Origin: a virus
Taxonomy: Duplodnaviria > Heunggongvirae > Uroviricota > Caudoviricetes
Direction: 5' to 3' (one strand)
Length of the DNA stretch: 64,000 nt
Virus record (IMG/VR): IMGVR_UViG_2862035965_000001
Under the pieces are notes generated by a model, which did not search any database, was not told the origin of the DNA, and worked only from the letters and a program-made list of their open reading frames with translations. Of this stretch, positions 45,595-55,456 are shown one piece after another. How positions within the stretch are numbered: the stretch's first letter is position 1; the number at the start of each line of letters is the position of its first letter. A program made the translations under genes and the position numbers.

Positions 45595-45607
45595 ACGTCG
45601 TTGCTGG

Positions 45608-46765
45608 CTACGACGCAGTAACGCCTGCCGGCAACAAGCCCCATGAATCGACATGATTACTGGGTGAAAAGTACCACTGCGTTGCGCAACGATGACAGTT
45701 AATGATCATGCGTTCATCGTCATGCTCCTCAACATAGCCATATCCACATGGACAGACATAGGTTGCGGCGTAATCATCATCGAACATAGATCTAGCTGCT
45801 CGCACCGTTCGTACAGGTGAGGTGTCTTTATGCGACAGGTAATAATCTCGCACAGCCTCGTATGCTGAGTCATAGATACCAGGGCTCGCACCCACATGAC
45901 GGAAAATCTCTAAGAAATCTTCTGGATGAGCAGCCATTCCATGATCGCTGTCACTCACGCCGGCACAGTAATCAGCTGAAATATCGCCTACCACCGTGTC
46001 ATCACTAGCCCGCACAACCATCCACTCATGAAACGGCTTCGGCGCTGTATCTGCCTCTGGTTCGATCCATTTCTCTGCGATAAGCTCACCTGCTGCAGCA
46101 CGATGAAGGCCGGTTCGCAGAAACTCATAACCCGCTGGCCTGTAATGATGCGCTTTCGGGCGCAAACTATCGTCCATTCGAGCAACCATCATGCGCACAT
46201 AACGGTGCTCTAGCACGTCGATGCCGACATACACATTCGGACCGCTGTGATCATCATGATCAACAAGCGGTATGCCGAGAGCTGCAGCAACCCAGATAAT
46301 CTGACCATTACTGACATAATCAAGATGTGGGGCGAGGAAATTCTCAGCGGTATGCTTGAGCGAATAGCTATGAACACCAGAGTCTGGGTCATTGAGCTCA
46401 GACACGGTATCAAACATGCGCAGAAATTCAGCGACCATCGCAAGCTCAACATAGTCTGTTTTACCGTTGAAACGCCATGTCTCGGCATAGTCATTTTGAC
46501 GCACACCATTACCGCTGTGCAACGGTGCAACGCTGTGCTTATTTTCGATACCGATCAGCTCATGATTTTTCAGCGTTGCAATCAAATGTCGCGCACTCAT
46601 GCGTGACCCCAAGATGCCTTGGGCCATCGGTGACATCATTTGTCGCAATGCTGCTGTGTAGGTGCAACCGGTAAATGCCGACCATGCTTTCGCATCTTGT
46701 TGCTGCGAGCGACTTGGGCGCCGCGTGATCGCAGTATGCTGCATGGAATTTTCAACCGCGGACAT
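45608..46765 (-). CDS. hypothetical protein with C-terminal zinc-ribbon-like motif
   Basis: 385 aa with an ATG start. The C-terminus reads CPCGYGY...INCHRC. Lies downstream of the Fic gene on the same strand. Confidence 0.55.
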   Translation of the reverse strand: MSAVENSMQHTAITRRPSRSQQQDAKAWSAFTGCTYTAALRQMMSPMAQGILGSRMSARHLIATLKNHELIGIENKHSVAPLHSGNGVRQNDYAETWRFNGKTDYVELAMVAEFLRMFDTVSELNDPDSGVHSYSLKHTAENFLAPHLDYVSNGQIIWVAAALGIPLVDHDDHSGPNVYVGIDVLEHRYVRMMVARMDDSLRPKAHHYRPAGYEFLRTGLHRAAAGELIAEKWIEPEADTAPKPFHEWMVVRASDDTVVGDISADYCAGVSDSDHGMAAHPEDFLEIFRHVGASPGIYDSAYEAVRDYYLSHKDTSPVRTVRAARSMFDDDYAATYVCPCGYGYVEEHDDERMIINCHRCATQWYFSPSNHVDSWGLLPAGVTAS

Positions 46766-46989
46766 ATCAATCTCACTTTTCTGGGCTTGGATAACCCACG
46801 CCTACCAGCCCTGAAAGAGACGAAATATCACAGCGGGAAAGGATTTTTAGATTCTGAATTCCGCATGAATCGGTTGTCCTTCGATGCCGTTATCGCGTGG
46901 GGATATACGACTCGGAGAATGGAGGATCAGGCCACCACTGTCCTTTATTATAGCACGCATACCGCGTTAATCTATAGATATTGATTAAT

Positions 46990-47892
46990 CTATTCTCCAC
47001 CCAACGCAGCCCGGAAATATGCTGTGAACATCTCCAGCATCATGATGACAAAGGGTGTTCCATCGCTGTAATTAAGCGGATTCTGCGTCACGGAAAAGGC
47101 TTTATAATACGTGCGCTCATTGCTGAATATGGCTTGGGACACCATCATGGCGCCAGCAGCAGAGAGACTTCTGCGCATTTGCACACTAAGCAGATAGCGA
47201 CCGAGCCGACCATTTCCATCATAAAAAGGATGAATCGCCTCGAATAAATAGTGACTCATCACCGCTGTGGCTATATCTTCTGCGCTACGACGGAGCTCTA
47301 ATTCGATAAAAGCATCCACACCAGTGATGATCTCTGACTCTGAGGAGAAGCCTGCATGGGCAACGTGGCCGGCACCTGTCACAACATGAACGGGGTGAGA
47401 TCTGAACAATTCCCCATCAAGTACAGCATCAGAATCCACTAATTCGCCCTGTGATTGACTGCCGGCAGTAGCGAAAAAGTCGTTATAAAGACCGCGCATC
47501 TGCTGCACGGAACCAGGAAATAATGCAGCAGCGCCGGCTGATGTCACCTCAAGTAAGCGCACATAGTAGCGATACATAGCCAACTCCGACAGCGCGGATG
47601 GGATGGCGACACCCTCAACACTGTTACTCGCAACGACTTCTGAGCCGGCGAGATCATGCAATTTCTGGGCTTTAAACTGCTGCGCCAGCTGTGTGTCGAG
47701 CTGCTGCAGCTCTGAAACTAGTACCTCGACCTCTGCATCAACGACACAAAACAGCGGAAAACCACGCACCAGCACGCCGGTATGAACTGAGTTCTCGTTA
47801 GTGAGCCGCTCACAATAAGTAGTTTCTAAGAGTTCCCGAGCCTGTGTGTGATGGGCTGCATGGAAAACTTTGCTTAACGGTCGATACTGCAT
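46990..47892 (-). CDS. Fic/Doc-family protein (AMPylase-type Fic domain)
   Basis: IHPFYDGNGRLGRYLLSVQMRR matches the canonical Fic motif HPFx[DE]GNGR. Confidence 0.8.
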   Translation of the reverse strand: MQYRPLSKVFHAAHHTQARELLETTYCERLTNENSVHTGVLVRGFPLFCVVDAEVEVLVSELQQLDTQLAQQFKAQKLHDLAGSEVVASNSVEGVAIPSALSELAMYRYYVRLLEVTSAGAAALFPGSVQQMRGLYNDFFATAGSQSQGELVDSDAVLDGELFRSHPVHVVTGAGHVAHAGFSSESEIITGVDAFIELELRRSAEDIATAVMSHYLFEAIHPFYDGNGRLGRYLLSVQMRRSLSAAGAMMVSQAIFSNERTYYKAFSVTQNPLNYSDGTPFVIMMLEMFTAYFRAALGGE

Positions 47893-47949
47893 AGTCCCTA
47901 TTGTCCCCTATTGGTCAATAACAAGGCGATTAGCTGGCAATTAAAAAGC

Positions 47950-49200
47950 ACCATAATCGACTACGGCAGGACTATTAAGTGTCAATTGAATAGTTCCGTA
48001 ACTGTCTTTTTAATAATCTCCAAGAATAAGCGCCTACAAAGACACAATTGTCTCGACAGTTAATCGTGCCGAAATGGGTTGTTAAAAGACAACGTACTAA
48101 ATGACCGCAACATAACTATTAAGTGTCAATTACAAAGGGCCATAGTAAACAGTTAATTGCGGTCCCCAACAAGTACTGAAATAAGTCGATTATATGTCAA
48201 TTGAATTGTTACTTAATAACACTCGCTACACACAGTAATCAGCAGGACTACTAAGTATCCATTATGTGTCAATTATCTGGAACCTTTAATGGCTTTGAAA
48301 AGGCACTATCCTATTGGCTCTTAGCGGTCGATTACATAGCAATTATATCAAGACTTTAAAGTAACTCATTCTACCGCACACTAAAAGGTCGATTAACTAA
48401 CAATTCAATTGATCGTTAAAAAGCCTTTATCTTTCGGATTGCGAGTAAATACTTAATCGACCTTTAATAGTGAGCTAATTGGCTTTTAAAGGCCAACACA
48501 TTGGATCATTTTTAAAAGGCTTTTAAGTGTCGATTAAATTGTCTTGTTACTGGCTTTCACAAGGCTCTTAAGAAACACTCCCCTATTGTCTTTTAATCGT
48601 CACTTAATCGACCTGTAAAAGTTAGTTAATTGACTCTTGAGTAACGACTATTTAATTGACCTTTAAGTAACGATTATGAGGTAATTATATTGATCGAATA
48701 GAGACACATAACTGACTACTCTTTATCTGACCATTACGAGGCTTTAAAAGAGCACTTAAGTGTCGATTAAGTGTCTACTCAATAACTGTCCATTATGAGG
48801 CTTTAAAAAGACAATTGAATCAACCGTTAATCGTCACTTAAATAACAATTAGCAATAGGCACTTTTAGAGCACCGTAAAAGCCATTTAATTGTCACGCAA
48901 TGAGCCCTTAAGTAACAATTAAATAAGTGGCTTTAAAAATACTGCTACGGCACGATTGAAAGACAATTAACGGTCAATTAAGTATCAATTAATTAATAGT
49001 GATTTAGAATACTCTTAGAGCACAATTTAATTGACAGCTAATAGACCTTTAAGTAACAATTACTTTATCTGCACTTTAAAGGCACGCTAAAAGCCTTTTA
49101 ATCGACATTTAATTGTCATAACGCTTCGGCACACCCAGGGAATACACTTAACGGTCGATTAAATGGATACTAAGTGACAATTAACCAGAGTCGCGTGGCA
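47950..49200. repeat. AT-rich non-coding array of short interspersed repeats (iteron or centromere-like)
   Basis: About 1.25 kb with no credible ORF. The motifs TTAAGTGTCAATT / AATTGACACTT (at least 10 copies), GTCGATTA / TAATCGAC (at least 10), GGCTTT(T)AAAAG (at least 8) and TAAGTAACAATTA (at least 4) occur in both orientations with irregular spacing. Confidence 0.6.
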
Positions 49201-49912
49201 GAGTTGCGACGAACAGTAGCGAATTATCACTACCCCCGTACCGCTGATATTTAACATTAAAACAACATTTACCCCATTTGTTTTGTTTAGTTTTAACGGA
49301 CTACTACCCCCGCCATTGTGGGACTGTGCAGCGGTATTTTCTACACTTATCAGACGTGAAGCAGGGCCCTGCAGCAGCCTGCAACGAGCATCCATTTCAA
49401 GCCGACAACGAGCTTGTAGAAACGCAGCTACAGCGGACACCAACGAGCCAGCAACGCATGATCTAGCGGCCTGAAACAGGCGCCCTGAGGCCCGCCACAA
49501 TGCCGCAACGATAGCCCGGAAAACTCCCCAACGGACTGTTGAGGGGATTAGCTTGAGACACCTAAAAGTGCCCCAGCGAACCTGCTATATCGGTTGGGGA
49601 ACCTACCGCAGCAGCCTCTCTCAAACACTTGAGAAAAACTCTGTAGCAAGCCTGCTTCACGCTCCGCAACAAGACCTCACAAGACTGCAACGGCTGCTAG
49701 AAAAAGCTCCCATAATTCCTCACAGCACCGTTTAAAACCCGCCACAGAGTTGCAGCAAACCCCTCAACAACACTGCTGCACACCGTCGCATCTCACAGCC
49801 CGCATCGACCCCAGAACCCTTTAAAAAGCTTCTATTCCGGGGTCTGTTAACAAGTCTCCACAGGGGCTGACAAAGCACTTATCAAGCCGCAACGTCTGCT
49901 TAATCTCCATCA

Positions 49913-49971
49913 CCGGTGTATTCCAGTGGGACCCTCGTTCTCGTGCCTCGAACCCCACTGAAATACACCGG
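49913..49971. repeat. 17-bp inverted repeat (CCGGTGTATTCCAGTGG ... CCACTGAAATACACCGG)
   Basis: Near-perfect arms with 1 mismatch, separated by 25 nt. Confidence 0.45.
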
Positions 49972-50016
49972 CGTCACCCTCGCTTCGCTCGTATACACAG
50001 CAGACCTCTCCTACCT

Positions 50017-50105
50017 GGGGAAATGCATAACTAAATACACGTGTATACGGCTAAAATCGGCAAAAAGCGCCCCCGAATACACGTGTATACGAACTCAATT
50101 TCCCC
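50017..50105. promoter_or_regulatory. symmetric double-operator element
   Basis: GGGGAAAT-n10-ATACACGTGTATACG-n27-ATACACGTGTATACG-n5-ATTTCCCC. Each 15-mer contains the 10-bp palindrome TACACGTGTA. Confidence 0.45.
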
Positions 50106-50159
50106 AGCTTAACAAGCATATTCACCCCTTTTCTGGTCGCTAAAGCTCCCGCCATAGGG

Positions 50160-51200
50160 GAAAAAGAATGAAAAGGGCATAAGGGGGTGTGACGCATTGA
50201 GCCTTTCGCTGCGCTCAATTCTCAATCCGATCGGCATAGCCGATACACCTGGTTTGCTGACGCAAACCCCCGTCCTTCGGACGGCCCTTATCACCCAGCT
50301 CACAAGTCAAAGAGGGGTCAGTTGCTTCGCTGCCTTTCCTCCCCTCTTCGCCTCCCGCTGTGTGCCCCTTCGGGGTGCCCCTTACAACCACCGATGTGGC
50401 TGGCGCCACGATCTTTTCGGTGGTTGTTATCCAAGCCCTTGTGCCACCAACCTGACTGCAGCTGTCGCTGCGTCATGTCTTCGGTTCGCTACGCTCACTG
50501 GTGTCACGGGCTTTCAAGACAGGCGTGCTGCGCGGCCCTCATAATCGGCTGTAGCGATTCTTCGTTGCCTGCTGCGCCCGCGACGCGCCCAAAAGCATTC
50601 ATCGCTGCACGGCTGCTGCTCCGTTCTCCGAACTCCCGCATCAGCTCGCGCAGTCCGTTGAGGGCGCGCTAAAAGATGAAAAGATCCTGCAACAAAAAGC
50701 GGTTGCAAAAAGATGAAGAGAAGCCTGCTACGAAACCTCTCGTTTCTGCGCAAACAATACGACTAACGCACGCTGAAAAACTCTCACAGCAACCACTGCG
50801 GTTTCTGCACTAAACCTCGTTATCAACGCAATAAAAAGATCCCCAAAATGCTAAAAACATAAGTTAAGTGATCACCCCTTTTAACACCGTATGGGGTAAT
50901 TAGGGTTCATTAATTACCCCCCACTTAATTTATGAAATTTCCATTTCTATCGGTACACGGTGTGTGGTGTGGGTACGTGGAAGAAGTCCGACTCAAGTCA
51001 AGCGCTTGCAACCTACGGTTGCCTCTCGCGCTTGTGCACGTGTGATGAGTGAGTCGCCTCTGTGGGCCGTGGTGTCCAAAAGCGATTCTCGGTTTCACCG
51101 ATCATCGCGCCAGGCGGCGCCTGGCCGGTTGAACAAGGGAATGGTGGGTGCGTCACCTTGCCGCCCGCTGGTGGGGGTTGTGAAAGAGAAACCACCCTGC
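50160..51200 (+). other. GC-rich non-coding segment rich in GC stems with UUCG tetraloops (candidate structured RNA; strand not established)
   Basis: CCGTCCTTCGGACGG, CCCCTTCGGGG, AACCACCGA...TCGGTGGTT and GTCTTCGG occur within 250 nt. The only ORFs are short, overlap in several frames and lack ribosome-binding sites. Confidence 0.3.
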
Positions 51201-51293
51201 TCCACATACACGCAAAAATTAACTTCTTTATTTAGTGAATAAACAACTAGTATTTTTAATGACTTACAAATATCAAGAAAGAATCTGTTCCTT

Positions 51294-52595
51294 ATGTCCA
51301 CATTGTCTAAGCCACGCAAGATCGCCACCAGCGTTGCTGTCGCGGCACTTACCCTCGCGTTGTGTAGTTCTGCCGCCGGCATTGTCCATGCAGCGCAACA
51401 AACTATCAGCGGTCCAAAATCCTCATGCGCTTTTAATCAACAACGTTGGGATGACAGCAAGCTCAAACTTGACGAAGCTATTAGTACAGCCAAAAACTCA
51501 CTCACACAGACTGGCGAGCTGCACCTCAACCAAACTGATCTACTTTCCGGCTACCTTTTTCAACAGCCCCACAGCAGTAACTACCTCGCACTCAACAATG
51601 CGTACGCCGATGCGGTGGCAACCAAAGACAGCTTTGTACGCCCGGAGTGTGATGGTTCCAAAGAATCCAAAATCGCCAGCGAACACGCCTTGTCTGAGAT
51701 CGTAAATGCTGCGAACACTCTTGCCCGTGCACAAAAATCACTTCAGGTAAATTCTGATACTTATGAGCAGCAACGCCGTTGTGACGCGCTTCGTCTAGCA
51801 AGCCGTGATGAGTCAGATGTCCTCATGCGTCTTGATCGCACCATGTTCCAGCTTCGTGGCACACTGACGGAAATTGATCAGATCACTACAGATATTCAAG
51901 ATATTCGGGCACAGACCGCCATCTTTGAACGTGATCTTGCCCGCGAGCAAAAAGAAGCAGATGCCGCAGCACGTGCACGTGATGCCAGCACCGTAGCCAC
52001 GCCAACCACAACCGCAGAGGATCGTGCCACCAGCATTCTTAAAAAGCCTCATACCAATCGCGGTGGTGACAGCTACACCCGGTCGTCAACGGCCAGCGCA
52101 CAAAGCACCGAATCGGATTCTGCAACCAACACCTCGTACCTGTCGCGCCGACTCGACAGTTTGGAGCGCAGTGCCCAGCATATTGATCTCGACACACCGT
52201 GCGACAACCTTGATGATCTTCGTGAACTCACCAGCAATGACACTCGTGATCGCACAGGTGCGGTGATTTCAATTGCGGACCAACTTAAAAACATCACAAA
52301 CGAAATTAACGAATTGCGAGAATCTACGATTGCAACCCGCGACAGTGCCCAGCACGCTCAAGATCAGGTCACCGCACAGCGCGAGGAGCTACAACGTGAA
52401 AAGGAAGCGCAGTTAGAAGATCAACGCCTAGCTCAAGAAGCTGAAGAAGAAGCTCGCAACGCGGTCATTCAGGAACGTGAAGCAGCCGAGGCAGCGCTAC
52501 GCGAGACACAAGAGCTTCTCAGTCGCCTGGATAATACCGACAACGCAGTCAATGATGACACAAGCGCAATTGCTGACAGTCTTCTCAATAACTAA
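51294..52595 (+). CDS. secreted/lipo-anchored coiled-coil protein
   Basis: 433 aa. Signal peptide with a possible lipobox (LTLALCSS). Almost entirely heptad-like, charged helical sequence. Confidence 0.55.
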   Translation: MSTLSKPRKIATSVAVAALTLALCSSAAGIVHAAQQTISGPKSSCAFNQQRWDDSKLKLDEAISTAKNSLTQTGELHLNQTDLLSGYLFQQPHSSNYLALNNAYADAVATKDSFVRPECDGSKESKIASEHALSEIVNAANTLARAQKSLQVNSDTYEQQRRCDALRLASRDESDVLMRLDRTMFQLRGTLTEIDQITTDIQDIRAQTAIFERDLAREQKEADAAARARDASTVATPTTTAEDRATSILKKPHTNRGGDSYTRSSTASAQSTESDSATNTSYLSRRLDSLERSAQHIDLDTPCDNLDDLRELTSNDTRDRTGAVISIADQLKNITNEINELRESTIATRDSAQHAQDQVTAQREELQREKEAQLEDQRLAQEAEEEARNAVIQEREAAEAALRETQELLSRLDNTDNAVNDDTSAIADSLLNN

Positions 52596-52713
52596 CAATC
52601 CTTATCACCGTCCACTGGGTGCACTCTAAAGTACCTGGTGGACGGTATGTTTTGCCCCAATACCCAAGTAAAATATATCTAGTACTATTTTACGATTGAA
52701 AGCAGATTCTACT

Positions 52714-54576
52714 ATGACCGTCGCCTCACCTACAGCGCTTGCCCTTAGTGACATGTCCTATATAGACATCATCAAAAGAAAACGCGGGTGGACTACTGAG
52801 TTTTTCCACAGCGCCATCAACACCGGGGAGATCACCCCACCGCTGCCTGACAGCGACCGTGCCACAGCAGTAATTCATGACCACATCACCAACACACGTG
52901 AAATCACCATCATCACTGACTTTGATATGGACGGTATTTCAGCCGGCGTCATCGCCTACGCAGGTCTTGCCGAACTTGGTGCGCAAGTCAATATGGTGGT
53001 GCCCGATTATCGCGGTGAACGCAATGTCACAGCCGACGATATTGACCATGCACTTGAGCTCTACCCTGCAACATCACTCATCATCACCTGCGATGTCGGA
53101 ATCGGCTCCCATGAAGGTATTGCTCGCGCACAGGAAAGCGGTGTCGCGATACTAGTCACAGATCACCACATGGAGGTCGAACCCTGCCAGGCCACTGTGG
53201 TACTTAACCCCAACCGAATTGGATCTGACTATCCAAATAAAGATATTTGTGGTGCGCAGGTCATCTTCGCCACATTGGGTGACTATGCGCGTCGTTATAG
53301 AGCCGACAAGATTATCGACATTAATTTACTCGCTGTCTTTGCCGGCATTGGTGCACTCGCCGATGTCATGCCCTTAACTCGTGATACTCGACCAACAGTG
53401 AAGCAGGCTATTGCGTTGCTTCGGCTTGCCATTCCACAGATAAGCAAAAATCGCTTCGGTGGCTGGGATATGTATGCTGCACGTTCTGTTGATCCTGATA
53501 CCTCCACGCTCATGCATATCGTCAACGCCAGCGCTCATGATCACCGATTCATGGCTGCGTTCCAAGGCATCTCAATTCTGCTCGGCGAACTGATTGCACA
53601 GAAAAAGTTGATCAGCATCGACAATATCTCTGAGTCTTTTATTGGCTTCACGCTCGGACCGATGTTTAATGCCACCCGCCGTGTCGGTGGTGACATGCAC
53701 GATTCATTTCTCGTGTTTGCACCCCATGCAGCACTTGCATCACAACCGTCGATGAATCCAAATCGTCGTGCTGCAATCAATCGCATCATTGATAACAACG
53801 AACGTCGCAAAGAGCTCTCCAAGTCCTCTTATGCTGCCGTACACAACACAGATCAACCCTACGCACCCTTTGTATGGCTCTCTGACGCACCAAGCGGCAT
53901 TCTCGGCCTTACTGCCTCACAGCTCACTCGTGAGTCTGGTGTGCCGGCCATTGTTATTAACCCAGACACCTTGTCTGGCTCGGCACGTTCACCTGAATGG
54001 GTACCGATCATCACCCAAGTAAACACCCTCGGCGCACAAGGTCACGGTGGCATTCATGCTGCAGGCCATGAACATGCCTGTGGTATGCGCTTTGATAGCC
54101 ATGATGATATTGCGGTCTTTGTCGCAGCCCTCGACCTACTCGATAAGAGCACGCCACGGGAAGCGCAGCTGGCAGATCTTCATCTAGTTGATATTGACCA
54201 TGCGCGTCCGGTTCTCGATAACCCTGCATTAGCTCACGCACTCAGCACAGTCGATGCCGCTGTAGATTCAGCACAGCTACTTGTACTTATTGATCAGCTT
54301 GATCAACTGCAGCCTTTTGGTCACGGTTTTGTCTACCCGCACATCGACGTGACCTTCAGGCCGGCAGAAGCCGAATTTAAAGTCATGGGTCAACATCACC
54401 AACATCTGAAGGTGATCACTCACTCAGGGCTCACTCTGTTGTGGTGGAATAAAGCCCAACAGCTCGATGAACTCGCACAATCCGAATTGGTCACTATGTC
54501 CGTGGAACTCGATGTCAATATGTTCCGTGGTTTTATCACACCACAAGGCATTGTCTCAGCGTGCACAGTCATCTAA
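52714..54576 (+). CDS. RecJ-like DHH-family phosphoesterase (ssDNA exonuclease-like)
   Basis: ITDFDMDGISAG (motif I), IITCDVGIG and VTDHHM (DHH motif). ATG at 52714; the annotated ORF uses a TTG at 52696. Confidence 0.7.
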   Translation: MTVASPTALALSDMSYIDIIKRKRGWTTEFFHSAINTGEITPPLPDSDRATAVIHDHITNTREITIITDFDMDGISAGVIAYAGLAELGAQVNMVVPDYRGERNVTADDIDHALELYPATSLIITCDVGIGSHEGIARAQESGVAILVTDHHMEVEPCQATVVLNPNRIGSDYPNKDICGAQVIFATLGDYARRYRADKIIDINLLAVFAGIGALADVMPLTRDTRPTVKQAIALLRLAIPQISKNRFGGWDMYAARSVDPDTSTLMHIVNASAHDHRFMAAFQGISILLGELIAQKKLISIDNISESFIGFTLGPMFNATRRVGGDMHDSFLVFAPHAALASQPSMNPNRRAAINRIIDNNERRKELSKSSYAAVHNTDQPYAPFVWLSDAPSGILGLTASQLTRESGVPAIVINPDTLSGSARSPEWVPIITQVNTLGAQGHGGIHAAGHEHACGMRFDSHDDIAVFVAALDLLDKSTPREAQLADLHLVDIDHARPVLDNPALAHALSTVDAAVDSAQLLVLIDQLDQLQPFGHGFVYPHIDVTFRPAEAEFKVMGQHHQHLKVITHSGLTLLWWNKAQQLDELAQSELVTMSVELDVNMFRGFITPQGIVSACTVI

Positions 54577-54596
54577 CTTGACTACAAAAGCGTCAA

Positions 54597-54645
54597 AACA
54601 ACCCCCAACAGCCTCTGCAAGAGCTGTTGGGGGTTGTTGTTATAT
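54597..54645 (+). terminator. hairpin AACAACCCCCAACAGC...GCTGTTGGGGGTTGTT
   Basis: 16-bp stem with a weak T-tract. Bidirectional for the convergent 54674 (-) gene. Confidence 0.5.
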
Positions 54646-54673
54646 TTGTGACCGTCGAGGTCTTAAAAAGTCT

Positions 54674-55456
54674 CTACACAGGCGCAGATGATGCACGTGG
54701 ACGAGCTGCCATAGAAAACGGCTGTCCTGATTTCATACCAGGGATACGACCCTCATCGACAGTGACCACCACATCACTAAACACCGTCATGGCTGCAGTC
54801 ACAGCATCACCGGTGAGCTCTTTCCCAAACACGGTGCCTTTAAGCAGCCAACCATGATGCGCAGTGGAATCCTCTCCTGCACGTGCCTGATGGCGTACAT
54901 GTCGATCCTCGCGGAGTGCGTGGCGACCATAACCATCTTCAAAGCGACACCCTGCGGCCCACATGGCAAAGTGCTCACGGCCTTTAATGGTGTCAGCTTC
55001 GCCTGTAAGACCATCGCCCCATGGCGTGCCCATAATTACCACGCTGTCGCCCCTAAGACCGGACACCGCATTAAGAGCCAATAGTTGATCCATCGTCTGC
55101 TGACGCAGCTCTCGTTGCCACAGATCATCGTGCACAGTATCAATGGCGTTCCCATAGTCAGCGAGAAGATTAAGGCTAAGCTTCACGGGCTCAGCAAGCC
55201 CTTTAACCGGCACAGTGACTGTTCCAGTGGACGCAAACCCAGCTTTAGTGCGGTTGTGGCTGTACGTACTGCCCTCAGGCGCACAAATGATCAATGAATC
55301 CGTGTGGATCTCCACAGCGGTGCTATGGCGACGCTTGACCATAGTGGTGTGTTCTAGATAATCATCGCCAGCTGGTACTTCACACAGATCCCACGGACCG
55401 ATGCTGATGCCTCGTTGAAATTCGTCAGCGATTCGTTGCGCGGTAGTCACAGTCAT
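54674..55456 (-). CDS. hypothetical protein
   Basis: 260-aa ORF with an ATG start and no recognised motif. Confidence 0.5.
   Translation of the reverse strand: MTVTTAQRIADEFQRGISIGPWDLCEVPAGDDYLEHTTMVKRRHSTAVEIHTDSLIICAPEGSTYSHNRTKAGFASTGTVTVPVKGLAEPVKLSLNLLADYGNAIDTVHDDLWQRELRQQTMDQLLALNAVSGLRGDSVVIMGTPWGDGLTGEADTIKGREHFAMWAAGCRFEDGYGRHALREDRHVRHQARAGEDSTAHHGWLLKGTVFGKELTGDAVTAAMTVFSDVVVTVDEGRIPGMKSGQPFSMAARPRASSAPV

Noticed and set aside
47950-49200. CRISPR array as an explanation of the repeat-dense AT-rich region
   Set aside because: The repeats are 8-13 bp, occur in both orientations, are irregularly spaced, and come in four interleaved families. There are no regularly spaced identical 25-40-bp repeats and no cas genes in the window.
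50197-51242. ORF-track ORFs 50197-50544, 50322-50672 and 50964-51242 (and minus-strand ones) as protein-coding
   Set aside because: They overlap one another in different frames within a GC-rich segment, lack ribosome-binding sites and plausible starts, and coincide with dense hairpins. I treat the region as non-coding.
49210-51250. Group II intron or retron as the explanation of the GC-rich structured segment
   Set aside because: There is no reverse-transcriptase ORF anywhere nearby, and I could not see domain-V-like GAGC...GTTC or 5' GUGYG signatures.
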